44,296 bases of DNA from a virus. Lineage: Duplodnaviria; Caudoviricetes. The DNA is taken from positions 1-44,296 of IMG/VR virus record IMGVR_UViG_3300030376_006135; one strand, given 5' to 3'. The position numbers and the translations under genes are program-made. The notes beneath the pieces are model-generated. The model had not been told where the DNA came from. It did no database searches and worked only from the letters and a program-made list of their open reading frames with translations. Of this stretch, positions 24,665 through 33,729 are shown one piece after another (the first letter of the stretch is position 1; every line of letters begins with the position of its first letter).

Positions 24665-25625
24665 ATTAATGGGAGAGTTAGGAGAAAAGTTTGGCTCTGA
24701 ATGGGAGTGTGTTGACACTTCTATTCGTGATATATTGAAATGTATTGACTGTCAAACTGAAGGTCTCAAAGATTACTTATCAGAGTGTCATTTAAAAAAT
24801 GTTCAGTTCTCAATTCAAACAGGAGAAAACTTAATAGAGGAGTATCCAGAGTTATATCTAAATGTTGCAAAAGAAGAAGTAATTATAACTCCAGTGCCTG
24901 CTGGTTCTGGAAAAGGATTAGGAAAACTAATTACAGGATTACTACTATTAGCTGCAATGTTTTTTATGCCAGGACTTGGAGCCTTTATGACAACTGGAGG
25001 TACGACTACAGCTAGTGGAGCTTTTGTTACAGGAGCTGTAGGAGCAGGTACAGGAGGAGTAGGAGCAACATTAATAACAGGAACTTCTATGCAGGCCGCT
25101 CTAGCTTCAGGAGCAAGTTTAAGTTTAGCAGGCTCAGCAGTAATGATGCTTGGAGCAAACTTAGCACTTATGGGTCTCGCAGAAATGTCAGCACCAGATC
25201 CAGATAAAACAACAAATGACCCGTCATATTTATTCAATGGAGCAGAGAATCACATAGAACAAGGACAACCTGTTCCTCTACTTTATGGAGAGTTAACAGT
25301 TGGTGGAGCACCAATTTATCAAGGATATGCACCAGGTGTTATTGGTACTTATTCAAAAGGAAACACTTACACCTCTCAAAATACTTGGTATGATGGTACT
25401 ACAAATGATACAACAGATAATGCTTCACAAGGCACAACAACAAGTTACAAAGATAGCACAAATGGATCAATTGGAAATAATCCAAGCACCCCACTTTTTG
25501 GAGACACCTCAGACAATGCAAGTTATGGTGGAGCACAGTTTGAAGCAATGAAATCAAGAATAACTCCAGCAGAAGAAAAGCAAGCAATGACAGATGAATT
25601 TATAGATGCAGGAGAGTTAAGATAA
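24651..25625 (+). CDS. Tail assembly protein (lambda gpI-like)
   Basis: VKLMGELGEKFG, IITPVPAGSG, SYLFNG, QGQPVPLLYGE; AGGAG before ATG 24651. Confidence 0.85.
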   Translation: MTQVKLMGELGEKFGSEWECVDTSIRDILKCIDCQTEGLKDYLSECHLKNVQFSIQTGENLIEEYPELYLNVAKEEVIITPVPAGSGKGLGKLITGLLLLAAMFFMPGLGAFMTTGGTTTASGAFVTGAVGAGTGGVGATLITGTSMQAALASGASLSLAGSAVMMLGANLALMGLAEMSAPDPDKTTNDPSYLFNGAENHIEQGQPVPLLYGELTVGGAPIYQGYAPGVIGTYSKGNTYTSQNTWYDGTTNDTTDNASQGTTTSYKDSTNGSIGNNPSTPLFGDTSDNASYGGAQFEAMKSRITPAEEKQAMTDEFIDAGELR

Positions 25626-28600
25626 TGGCAGATAATTCTCGTAAATATTCTACAAGAGGTTTTGCACGTAAGGCTCAATATGACTTACAGAATCCTGATA
25701 AAGAACAAACCGCAGTTGTCTTTGACTTATTAGCCGAAGGGCCGATTGAAGGATTAGTGAATGGAGAGTCCTCTGTTTATTATAATGACGTACCTCTTTT
25801 TGACTCAGCAAATAGAAACATAATGAAACCAAGAAAGTTTACTGCTACAGCAACTGCAAGTAGTACTTCTTTGACTGCCTCTGAATTTGGAGTAATTCGT
25901 ACTTTAAGTTATAATAATAGAGCAGGTCTTAATATTGGTGATCGCATGGTAATTATAGCAGGTGCAGGTACAAAAGGTACAGGCATAGCAAGTATAAGTG
26001 CAGGAAGTGCAATAGTAACAACTTCTAGTGGGTATTTTGCTAATGATGTAGTTGCAATGTTAAAACAACCAATGCCTGTATATATTCGTATTGTAGGAGC
26101 TGGTCCAGGAGGAGCAGACTTAGTTACTTCTATAAAGAAAAAGCTAAGTGATACAAAAGCTGAACTTACTACTCGTGCATATACAACTGTATCAAATGCA
26201 GATATAGTGCAAGATCATGTATCAAAAATAAACTCTATTTCAGGTAATGTTGCAACTTTAAAAGTAGCGCCTTCCACAACAGTAACAAATGCTATCTGTT
26301 TAGTAAGTGGGCCACAGTTAGGTAGAAATGACCAAATAGCAAACTTTTCACATGTAGCCTTTTCTATGACAAAAGGAACAATAGATCAACCAGCTCTACA
26401 AGTAAGAGGATTTACAGGTTCTTCTAGTACAGTCTATGATGCAAATATACAAATACGACAAGCAGACTTAGCAAATGTATCAGGACTTTCAGGACTTGGA
26501 ACAAATTACAATGGAACAACAGGCGGAGTAAAAGCTGGAATAGACGAACCAGGTAACTCAGGACAAGGCTCTGCATCTGATACAGTATTGACAGCTGCAG
26601 TAATGGGTGTATCAAATCCAAGTGAAGTAGATGAAGTACATTTAACTTTTAGTTTTCCAGAAATGCATGCTTTTAAAAACTCAGGAGCAAAAGGACCAAG
26701 TTTTGTTGAGTTCCAAATGTTCTTTGAATTTACTCAAGATGGATCAAACTTTATAAGCGCATTAGCTTTTGGACCAAGTAATGCTGCAATTCTTTCTCGT
26801 GGCACTACTGCTCCTTGGGGTAATGGAGTTACTTATGGTGTAAGATCAGGAGTGCCTTCTTCAGGGTATGTAAAACCAAAAGAAGGACAATACTCAGAAT
26901 TTATAGAAGAGTTTGTTATGAATGTTGAGCAATTTCAACCCTTTCAAAATTACAGAATTCGTATTCGTAGAATAACAGACGAAGATTTTAAAGATAATTC
27001 TTTCCAACATAAAAATGCAAGTTTCTTAAAAACAGTAGAAAATATTACAAAAGATAGATTACGATATCCTTACTCTGCTGTCGCAGCAAATGTATTTAAT
27101 GCAAAAGACTTTAGTGGCGGCCTACCAAGTAGAGCCTACAAACTAAAGGGTAAACTTATACAAGTTCCTACAAACTATTTAACAAGAGATGAAAGTTCTG
27201 ACGGCACAGCAAAATATACACGTTCAGTTACAGGATCATCACATGCAAACTATGCAGTAGTAGAAAATGCTGCTTATCAAAATTGGGACGGATCTTTTAG
27301 AGGAGATAAAACTGCTTGGAGTGAAGGACATCCAAATCGTGACTTAGTATACTCTAATAACCCTGCATGGGTATTTTATGATTTACTTACAAATAATCGT
27401 TATGGTATGGGTGACTTTGTAGATACATCTTTAATAGATAAGTACTCTCTTTTTGAAATAGCAAAATACTGTGACGATTTAGTTTCTGATGGAGAGGGTG
27501 GACTTGAACCAAGATTCACAGCAAATCTATACTTTGATAAAACAGCAGAGGCAACAAAAGTTTTAAGAGATATTGCAAGTATATTTAGAGGCATGGTACT
27601 TTGGATGGATGGTGAAATTGTTGCAATTGCAGATAGACCAAAAGAACCAGTTTATACATTTACAAAAGGTAACGTAGAGGGCGGTGTTTTTCAATACGAA
27701 GGAACAGGAGATCGTGTAAGAACAAACCAAGTTAAAGTAACTTGGAACGATCCAAATGATAACTATCGTCAAGCTACAGAATATGTAGAAGATCATCAAA
27801 ATATATTAGAAACAAACAGATTAGTTAGAGAAGCCTCTGTTGCTATGGGGTGTACTTCAAGAGCACAAGCACATAGATATGGAAAATGGAAACTACTTTC
27901 TGCTCAGTTAGAAAAAGAAACAGTAACTTTCTCTACTGGAATAAATGCTGCAGGCATAAGACCTGGAGATATAATTGCAGTTCAAGATGCAGATAAAGAT
28001 GGATTTCAATACTCTGGTCGTGTATCAAATACAGGAACTAGAAATACAACAACGATACCTTTAGATAGAACTTTAACTTTACCAGCATATAGCACTAGCT
28101 TTCGCCCACAGTTATTACTTATTTATCCTTCTGGTGGAGCATATTTAGTACAAGAACAAGCTACAATTAATTCAACAACATATTATCAAGGAGATTTACT
28201 ACTAGAGAATGCAGACGGATCTGCACTTGATACACAAGAAGAGGCGGCAAATCTAAAAGATGATAATAATAATTCTGTTCAAACTTATTGGTCAGAGAAT
28301 GTAAGAGTTGAGAAACAATCAGTGACAACCTCTGCAGGAGATGTAACTAGTCTTACAGTTGCAAGTGCTTTCTCGGCTACACCAGATGCAGAAGTTATAT
28401 GGGCATTACAATTATTTAATACTGATGGAACATTAAGAACAGGCACAGCAAAAGAATATAAAGTAGTATCTGTAACTGAAGATAAAGAAGGAAATAAATT
28501 ACAAATTGTCGGTTCAGAGTATGCTCGTGAAAAATTTGGTCAAGTAGATAGAGGTTACGATTTATACTCTGCACCTATTGAAACTGTACCAGATCGTGAT

Positions 28601-30424
28601 GATATAATACCTGCACCTGCAAACATTGTTGCAAAAGTAGAATCTATGAGTCCTGAAAGTCCCGATTTAGGCGAAACAGTAGATGCAGATGTTAGTGGAT
28701 CAAGAGTTGTTATATCATGGAGAAGACCTCTTAATTCTACAGGAGAGCCTTTCAAACACATACAAGGATTTGAACTTAAACACAGTTTTAACGGTGGACT
28801 TGAAACTATAAAATTAAATCCAAATGATAAGCAGTTTATATTTAATAATGTTAAATTAGGCGAATATGAAATACATATTAGAACACTATCTACAACAAGT
28901 ACTTTCTCTGCATGGACAGTTAGAAGAGTAACAGTTTCTGCAAGAGAGCTACCCTCACAAACAGGATTTAGACTTTCAGAAATAAAACTTGGTGGTCAAT
29001 TAAATCAGACTCTAAGTTTAGTCTCAGGCAGTACTTTAACCATTGCAGGTTCTGGAACATATGACTTTATAGGAGCAAATGGAATATCTTATAATTTTGT
29101 TGGTACAGGTACAGCAAACTTCCAACAAACCGTAGATAATATGTCAACTAATTCAGAGGCATTTTTAGTTTTTGATGCAGATGATACTTCAGATCATTTA
29201 AAACTTATTGAAGAAAAAGAAGATCAATTTGATAATGCACCTTACTGGGCAGAAGTTGGAGCATCAGGAGCTGGTTTCTCAGATGTAACGGGAGACGATG
29301 GAGCAACACAAACAAAAGGAAGTATTTCTCAATTTTCAAATGAAGTTACACTTAATACAGCTACTACATCTTTGAAGTCAGGAAACTTAGTAAGATTTGT
29401 AAATTCTACCACAGCATTTAAAGCACGAATACAGCATGTTGATAGTTCAACTCGTTTATTACTAGATGCAATTGCACCTACCTCTTTTACAACAAGTGAT
29501 GGCTTTAAACAACAAAGTTTTAAACCAGATATTTTAAATGATAGTATTATTGCAAAAGTTACACTAGGAGGTGCTGGTAATGTACCTGAGCTCGCTCAGA
29601 TATTTGCAGTAACATCAGGAGCAGCTGGAGGAACAGGAACAGACGGTAAACAAAGAGTTGTATCTTATGTTTATTTCCAAACAAGTTCAGCAAATGCACC
29701 TTCTACTCCTTCTGCAACAAGTTATAATATTTCAAATAATAGTTTTAGTGGACTTACAAGTGGATGGTCAACAACTCCACCAACCTTTGCAGCAGGAAAT
29801 GATAATAAATATTGGTATTCATACTTTACAGCAGTAGAGAACACCGCAGGTGGTGGAACATCTTCAGGAAGTAATTTAACGTTTCAAGCATCGCAACAGG
29901 GTATAGGATTTAGTGGACTTGTAACTTTTACATCTGGCAATGTAAATATTTCAGATGGAACTACACAATATAACCCAGCAGCTGTAATTCAAGCTGGAAC
30001 TACAACAATTGACGGAGACAAAATAACAACAGGCACTATAACTGCAGATCAGATTGCAGCAGGTGCAATATCACTCACAGGTAATAGAATAACAGGAACT
30101 TTACCAGCATCAAGTGGAGGTACAGGACTAACAAGTATTACAACTTTAACAAACAGTCAAATTAGTATTTCATCAAGTGGTGTATTGAGTGGAGCAGGTG
30201 GCGGACAAGTTACCGCAAGTGGATTAGGTGCAAATACTGACAGCACAGCATCAATACGAGCAGGAACAAGTCTAAGTAATATAAGTGGAACAACTTTAAG
30301 TGCGGGTAAAATTAAACTTACTTCTTCTACTCTTTCTTTAGATACAAGTTCCTCAATATCAAGTAGTTCAATACTACTAGAAGCAAACTCATCAAACGGA
30401 GCAAGAATTATAATAGCGGATTAA
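25625..30424 (+). CDS. Central tail fibre / tip attachment protein (lambda gpJ-like)
   Basis: DLLAEGPIEGL, SNNPAWVFYDLLTNNRYGMG, YCDDLVSDG, EPRF, GCTSRAQAHRYGKW, FNIII-like segment. Confidence 0.92.
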   Translation: MADNSRKYSTRGFARKAQYDLQNPDKEQTAVVFDLLAEGPIEGLVNGESSVYYNDVPLFDSANRNIMKPRKFTATATASSTSLTASEFGVIRTLSYNNRAGLNIGDRMVIIAGAGTKGTGIASISAGSAIVTTSSGYFANDVVAMLKQPMPVYIRIVGAGPGGADLVTSIKKKLSDTKAELTTRAYTTVSNADIVQDHVSKINSISGNVATLKVAPSTTVTNAICLVSGPQLGRNDQIANFSHVAFSMTKGTIDQPALQVRGFTGSSSTVYDANIQIRQADLANVSGLSGLGTNYNGTTGGVKAGIDEPGNSGQGSASDTVLTAAVMGVSNPSEVDEVHLTFSFPEMHAFKNSGAKGPSFVEFQMFFEFTQDGSNFISALAFGPSNAAILSRGTTAPWGNGVTYGVRSGVPSSGYVKPKEGQYSEFIEEFVMNVEQFQPFQNYRIRIRRITDEDFKDNSFQHKNASFLKTVENITKDRLRYPYSAVAANVFNAKDFSGGLPSRAYKLKGKLIQVPTNYLTRDESSDGTAKYTRSVTGSSHANYAVVENAAYQNWDGSFRGDKTAWSEGHPNRDLVYSNNPAWVFYDLLTNNRYGMGDFVDTSLIDKYSLFEIAKYCDDLVSDGEGGLEPRFTANLYFDKTAEATKVLRDIASIFRGMVLWMDGEIVAIADRPKEPVYTFTKGNVEGGVFQYEGTGDRVRTNQVKVTWNDPNDNYRQATEYVEDHQNILETNRLVREASVAMGCTSRAQAHRYGKWKLLSAQLEKETVTFSTGINAAGIRPGDIIAVQDADKDGFQYSGRVSNTGTRNTTTIPLDRTLTLPAYSTSFRPQLLLIYPSGGAYLVQEQATINSTTYYQGDLLLENADGSALDTQEEAANLKDDNNNSVQTYWSENVRVEKQSVTTSAGDVTSLTVASAFSATPDAEVIWALQLFNTDGTLRTGTAKEYKVVSVTEDKEGNKLQIVGSEYAREKFGQVDRGYDLYSAPIETVPDRDDIIPAPANIVAKVESMSPESPDLGETVDADVSGSRVVISWRRPLNSTGEPFKHIQGFELKHSFNGGLETIKLNPNDKQFIFNNVKLGEYEIHIRTLSTTSTFSAWTVRRVTVSARELPSQTGFRLSEIKLGGQLNQTLSLVSGSTLTIAGSGTYDFIGANGISYNFVGTGTANFQQTVDNMSTNSEAFLVFDADDTSDHLKLIEEKEDQFDNAPYWAEVGASGAGFSDVTGDDGATQTKGSISQFSNEVTLNTATTSLKSGNLVRFVNSTTAFKARIQHVDSSTRLLLDAIAPTSFTTSDGFKQQSFKPDILNDSIIAKVTLGGAGNVPELAQIFAVTSGAAGGTGTDGKQRVVSYVYFQTSSANAPSTPSATSYNISNNSFSGLTSGWSTTPPTFAAGNDNKYWYSYFTAVENTAGGGTSSGSNLTFQASQQGIGFSGLVTFTSGNVNISDGTTQYNPAAVIQAGTTTIDGDKITTGTITADQIAAGAISLTGNRITGTLPASSGGTGLTSITTLTNSQISISSSGVLSGAGGGQVTASGLGANTDSTASIRAGTSLSNISGTTLSAGKIKLTSSTLSLDTSSSISSSSILLEANSSNGARIIIAD

Positions 30425-30426
30425 TT

Positions 30427-30936
30427 ATGGCAAATAGAGTATTATTAGGAAATAGAGCAACTGGCGGATATGGAATGTATGTTTCAAAAGCTGGTAATAA
30501 TGTTTTAACATGTAATAGAAAAGAATTACTTTTTGACTCTTCTCAAAAGAGAGCAGGAGAAGTATATGCCGGTGGAACTCAAAGTTCTATTGGTAATTCA
30601 GGTATAAACTTTTTAACAACAGGAAGTAAGTCAAACTTAGGATATATTCCTCTTGTGGTTTATACAGAAGATAAAAGAGGAGAGTTTAATGATAGTCAAG
30701 GCTTAGATCAATTATACATATCTCGTAGAGATTTTATAAAAACAACATCTAGTACAATCACACCAAAAACACTTGGAGAACAAGTGGATCCTGTACAACA
30801 GGAACTAGGAGGATTTCCTCAACCAGGCAATAGTATATTTAATAGAAGAACTGCAGATGCTTGTACAAATTTTAAATTTTTAGTTCTAAAGATTCCATGT
30901 GCATATGGATATATGAACTCAACTTATTTCGGATAA
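30427..30936 (+). CDS. Tail-tip accessory protein, paralog 1 (MANR family)
   Basis: N-terminus MANRVLLGNRATGGYGMYVS shared with the next two genes. Confidence 0.7.
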   Translation: MANRVLLGNRATGGYGMYVSKAGNNVLTCNRKELLFDSSQKRAGEVYAGGTQSSIGNSGINFLTTGSKSNLGYIPLVVYTEDKRGEFNDSQGLDQLYISRRDFIKTTSSTITPKTLGEQVDPVQQELGGFPQPGNSIFNRRTADACTNFKFLVLKIPCAYGYMNSTYFG

Positions 30937-30938
30937 TT

Positions 30939-31385
30939 ATGGCAAATAGAGTATTAGCAGGAAATAGATCAGCAGGTGGAATGGGACTTTATGTTTCACG
31001 ACCAACAGAAAATGTATTAACCTGTACAGGTGATGAACTTATGTTCTCCACAAATCATGGAGAAACAGGAAGTAATTTTGTAACTGCAGGACACTTTCAA
31101 GTAGTTCCTGTATCAGGCGGAACAGGGGGAACAGCTCCAGTTGCTACAAGTACAACTACAATATCAAGCGGTGCTACAGCAACAGTCACTTATCAAAACT
31201 TTGCAAGTACAAAACTTTTAAATTGGGGTATCTCTACTGCTTTTAGTTTCACTTCAGGAAACGGGGGTACTTATGATTATTCTAGTATTGGAAGTACTTC
31301 TGCAACTTTAACAAACAATGCAAACGCAAGTAGAACTGTAACTAACTTAACTTACAATCTACTTAATTCTTCGGCACTATTCTAA
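30939..31385 (+). CDS. Tail-tip accessory protein, paralog 2
   Basis: ATG 30939 gives MANRVLAGNRSAGGMGLYVS. Confidence 0.7.
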   Translation: MANRVLAGNRSAGGMGLYVSRPTENVLTCTGDELMFSTNHGETGSNFVTAGHFQVVPVSGGTGGTAPVATSTTTISSGATATVTYQNFASTKLLNWGISTAFSFTSGNGGTYDYSSIGSTSATLTNNANASRTVTNLTYNLLNSSALF

Positions 31386-31873
31386 TGGCAAATCGTATAT
31401 TAATCGGAAACAGAGCAACTGGTGGACAAGGACTTTATGTAAGTCAAGACGGGGATAATGTATTAACTACTACAAACGCTATGCAGTTTGACTCTCGCAT
31501 GGCAGCTTCTGCAATCGTTCATAGCTTTGCACAAGGCACAGTTAGTGGAAATTCTGTTGCAGATATAACACATAATCTTGGTTATACTCCCGCTTTTGCT
31601 GTGAGATGGAACTACGTTACAGAACTTTCAGGTGGAGTAGCAACTCAAGTTTATAGTCCATGTATTACAGACTCTGTTACAGAAGAAGGTTTTGGAGAAG
31701 GATTTGACGGCGGAATACAATGGGGACTATCAGCAGGTCATTCAAGCGTAAATAATATTAGAATAACAAATTTTCACGAAACGACAGGAGACTTTGGAAC
31801 TCATTATGCAGCAGTATATTACGCTATAGTTATTTTTCATCAAGAAGACTTTACAGGAGGACAAGGATTATGA
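31385..31873 (+). CDS. Tail-tip accessory protein, paralog 3
   Basis: MANRILIGNRATGGQGLYVS; ITHNLGYTP. Confidence 0.7.
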   Translation: MANRILIGNRATGGQGLYVSQDGDNVLTTTNAMQFDSRMAASAIVHSFAQGTVSGNSVADITHNLGYTPAFAVRWNYVTELSGGVATQVYSPCITDSVTEEGFGEGFDGGIQWGLSAGHSSVNNIRITNFHETTGDFGTHYAAVYYAIVIFHQEDFTGGQGL

Positions 31874-32298
31874 GCACTGCTACTTACAATATATTTTATG
31901 ATTCAGACAAAGAAATAATTTGGGCAAGCACTGCGCCTGTAAATGACGCTATCATATCTGCAGAAAGTGCAAAAGGATATACTCATGTAGCATTAGATTG
32001 CACAGATATACCAATTCCAGATCAGTTCTATGTAAATTCAGATGCAACCGCAGTATCCACAAAAACAGTTTTTAATCCTTCATTTAGTAGTGCAACTGCA
32101 AGTGTAGATGATACTATTACAGTCACAGGAGTTCCCTCTGGAACAGAAGTATTTATAGATGGAGTATCTGCAGGAACAATGTCAGATACAAGTTTAACAC
32201 TAACAGCACAACAAGGTGGTACTTTTACTTTAGGATTAAAGAAAGCAAAGTATCAAGATTACTCAACAAAGTATACAGTAAATAGGTATTCAATATGA
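31870..32298 (+). CDS. Hypothetical virion protein with beta-rich C-terminus
   Basis: Coupled ORF; ITVTGVPSGTEVFIDG. Confidence 0.65.
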   Translation: MSTATYNIFYDSDKEIIWASTAPVNDAIISAESAKGYTHVALDCTDIPIPDQFYVNSDATAVSTKTVFNPSFSSATASVDDTITVTGVPSGTEVFIDGVSAGTMSDTSLTLTAQQGGTFTLGLKKAKYQDYSTKYTVNRYSI

Positions 32299-32483
32299 AT
32301 GTAAATTTAGTAAAAGCTGGAGCAACAACAGCTACAAAAAGAGAAGCTTACTATGAAATACTTGCCGAACAATTAGACAAACTGTATCATGATATTGATG
32401 ATGGAAAGTTTGGAGATGCGGCAAAAACAGGACAATTTTATTTAGGAAGAAAAGCAGTAAAGGATAAGTATCCTGGTTCTTAG
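32295..32483 (+). CDS. Small tail-fibre assembly-like protein
   Basis: EQLDKLYHDI and AVKDKYP pattern typical of fibre companion proteins. Confidence 0.65.
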   Translation: MNVNLVKAGATTATKREAYYEILAEQLDKLYHDIDDGKFGDAAKTGQFYLGRKAVKDKYPGS

Positions 32484-32514
32484 GGTTATACGAACCCCAA
32501 TTTGAAAATAATAC

Positions 32515-32544
32515 TTGACATCAGGTGTTAATTTTTGATATAAT
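32515..32544 (+). promoter_or_regulatory. Sigma70 promoter with extended -10, driving the fibre cluster
   Basis: TTGACA (32515-20), 18 nt spacer ending TGA, TATAAT (32539-44). Confidence 0.85.
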
Positions 32545-32573
32545 TAAGCAATGGAGGTATAAAAGAAACAAGC

Positions 32574-32906
32574 ATGAGTGCAGGAACTTACAACATAAAC
32601 ATAGATCAGGGCAGTGATTTTTCGTTACAACTTACTGTTCAAGAAGACGGCTCCGCAAAAGACCTTACAGGTTTTAGTGCGCGTGCACAGATGCGCCCGA
32701 CAGTAGATTCTAGTACTCTTACAGCTACATTTACATGCACCATTACAAATGCTAGTAGCGGTATTCTCACAATGGCACTAGCAAATACTGTTACAGATGA
32801 TATTGATGTCGGTCAATATGCATACGACTTAGAACTTTTTACAGGTTCAACTTCCCAAAGACTTATACAAGGAACTGCCACAGTTGTTGGCGAAGTTACA
32901 AGATAA
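32574..32906 (+). CDS. Collar/fibre-attachment protein (T5 p132 / BppU-N-like)
   Basis: IDQGSDF, DLTGFSARAQMR, YAYDLE, RLIQG; GGAGG upstream. Confidence 0.65.
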   Translation: MSAGTYNINIDQGSDFSLQLTVQEDGSAKDLTGFSARAQMRPTVDSSTLTATFTCTITNASSGILTMALANTVTDDIDVGQYAYDLELFTGSTSQRLIQGTATVVGEVTR

Positions 32907-33310
32907 TGTCTTTTGAAGGTCGCCTCGCTAGAACAGATGTTGTTATTAGCGCAGATATAACAAATATTACTGAAGTAGTACAAAATGCACAAATTACAGC
33001 AAATACAGTAAGTACATCTACAACAGTCGCTTGTGACCAATACTTTAGAGCATTTACAGCGAACAATGTTATTAATGATGCACATAATACCTTAACAGTA
33101 CAAAATGTACAAGCAGCAATAGAACAATTAGAATCTCAATTCTCAAGAGGAGCAACAGATCCTACAACAGGCACTGAAGACTATCTTGATAATGGAGATT
33201 TATTTTATAATACAAACACAAATCAATTAAAAGTTTATAGAAATGGAGTATGGGAAATTTTGCTACAGGCAGAAGGTGACATGGACACATTAGATGGGAG
33301 TACATTTTAA
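32906..33310 (+). CDS. Fibre adaptor-like protein ending LDGSTF
   Basis: NVQAAIEQL and GDLFYNTNTNQLKVYR; paralog of the next gene. Confidence 0.65.
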   Translation: MSFEGRLARTDVVISADITNITEVVQNAQITANTVSTSTTVACDQYFRAFTANNVINDAHNTLTVQNVQAAIEQLESQFSRGATDPTTGTEDYLDNGDLFYNTNTNQLKVYRNGVWEILLQAEGDMDTLDGSTF

Positions 33311-33711
33311 TGGCAACAACAATTACAGTAGTTGAAGATGTAACAAATGTTACAGTTGAATCTAGTGTTGCTACTGCTCTTACTATTGAAGAAGATGTTA
33401 CTACAGTAAGTGTAAGTGCAATCTCTCCATCAGCCGCATCTTCATCCGCAGCAACTTTGAGTTTTACCCCTCATAATGTTATAACTGCAACAAATGTACA
33501 AGATGCTTTAGAACAACTAGCAGATCAATACTTTCGTGGTAATGATGTGCCAAACCCTACAACAACGAATTTAGAAGAAGGCGATTTCTTTTATGATTTA
33601 AATGATAATCAATTAAAAGTTTATCGCGAGACATCTACAAATAACTTTGAATTTGTAGTCTTAGCACAAGCTACAGGCGACATGGAAGTGGTAGATGCAG
33701 GGAGTTTTTAA
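33310..33711 (+). CDS. Fibre adaptor-like protein ending VDAGSF
   Basis: NVQDALEQL and GDFFYDLNDNQLKVYR. Confidence 0.65.
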   Translation: MATTITVVEDVTNVTVESSVATALTIEEDVTTVSVSAISPSAASSSAATLSFTPHNVITATNVQDALEQLADQYFRGNDVPNPTTTNLEEGDFFYDLNDNQLKVYRETSTNNFEFVVLAQATGDMEVVDAGSF

Positions 33712-33729
33712 CTCCGATAGAGAAATAAT

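Noticed and set aside
24785-25551. Alternative-frame + strand ORFs 24785..25015 and 25300..25551 (likewise 13070, 14543, 39102, 42922)
   Set aside because: Their Cys/Trp-rich or Gln/Leu/Met-rich composition is typical of off-frame reads, and I saw no local codon anomaly like the one at 4277.
32483-32497. GGGTT-atacg-AACCC hairpin as a terminator
   Set aside because: Only a 5-bp stem with no immediate U-tract; too weak to call.
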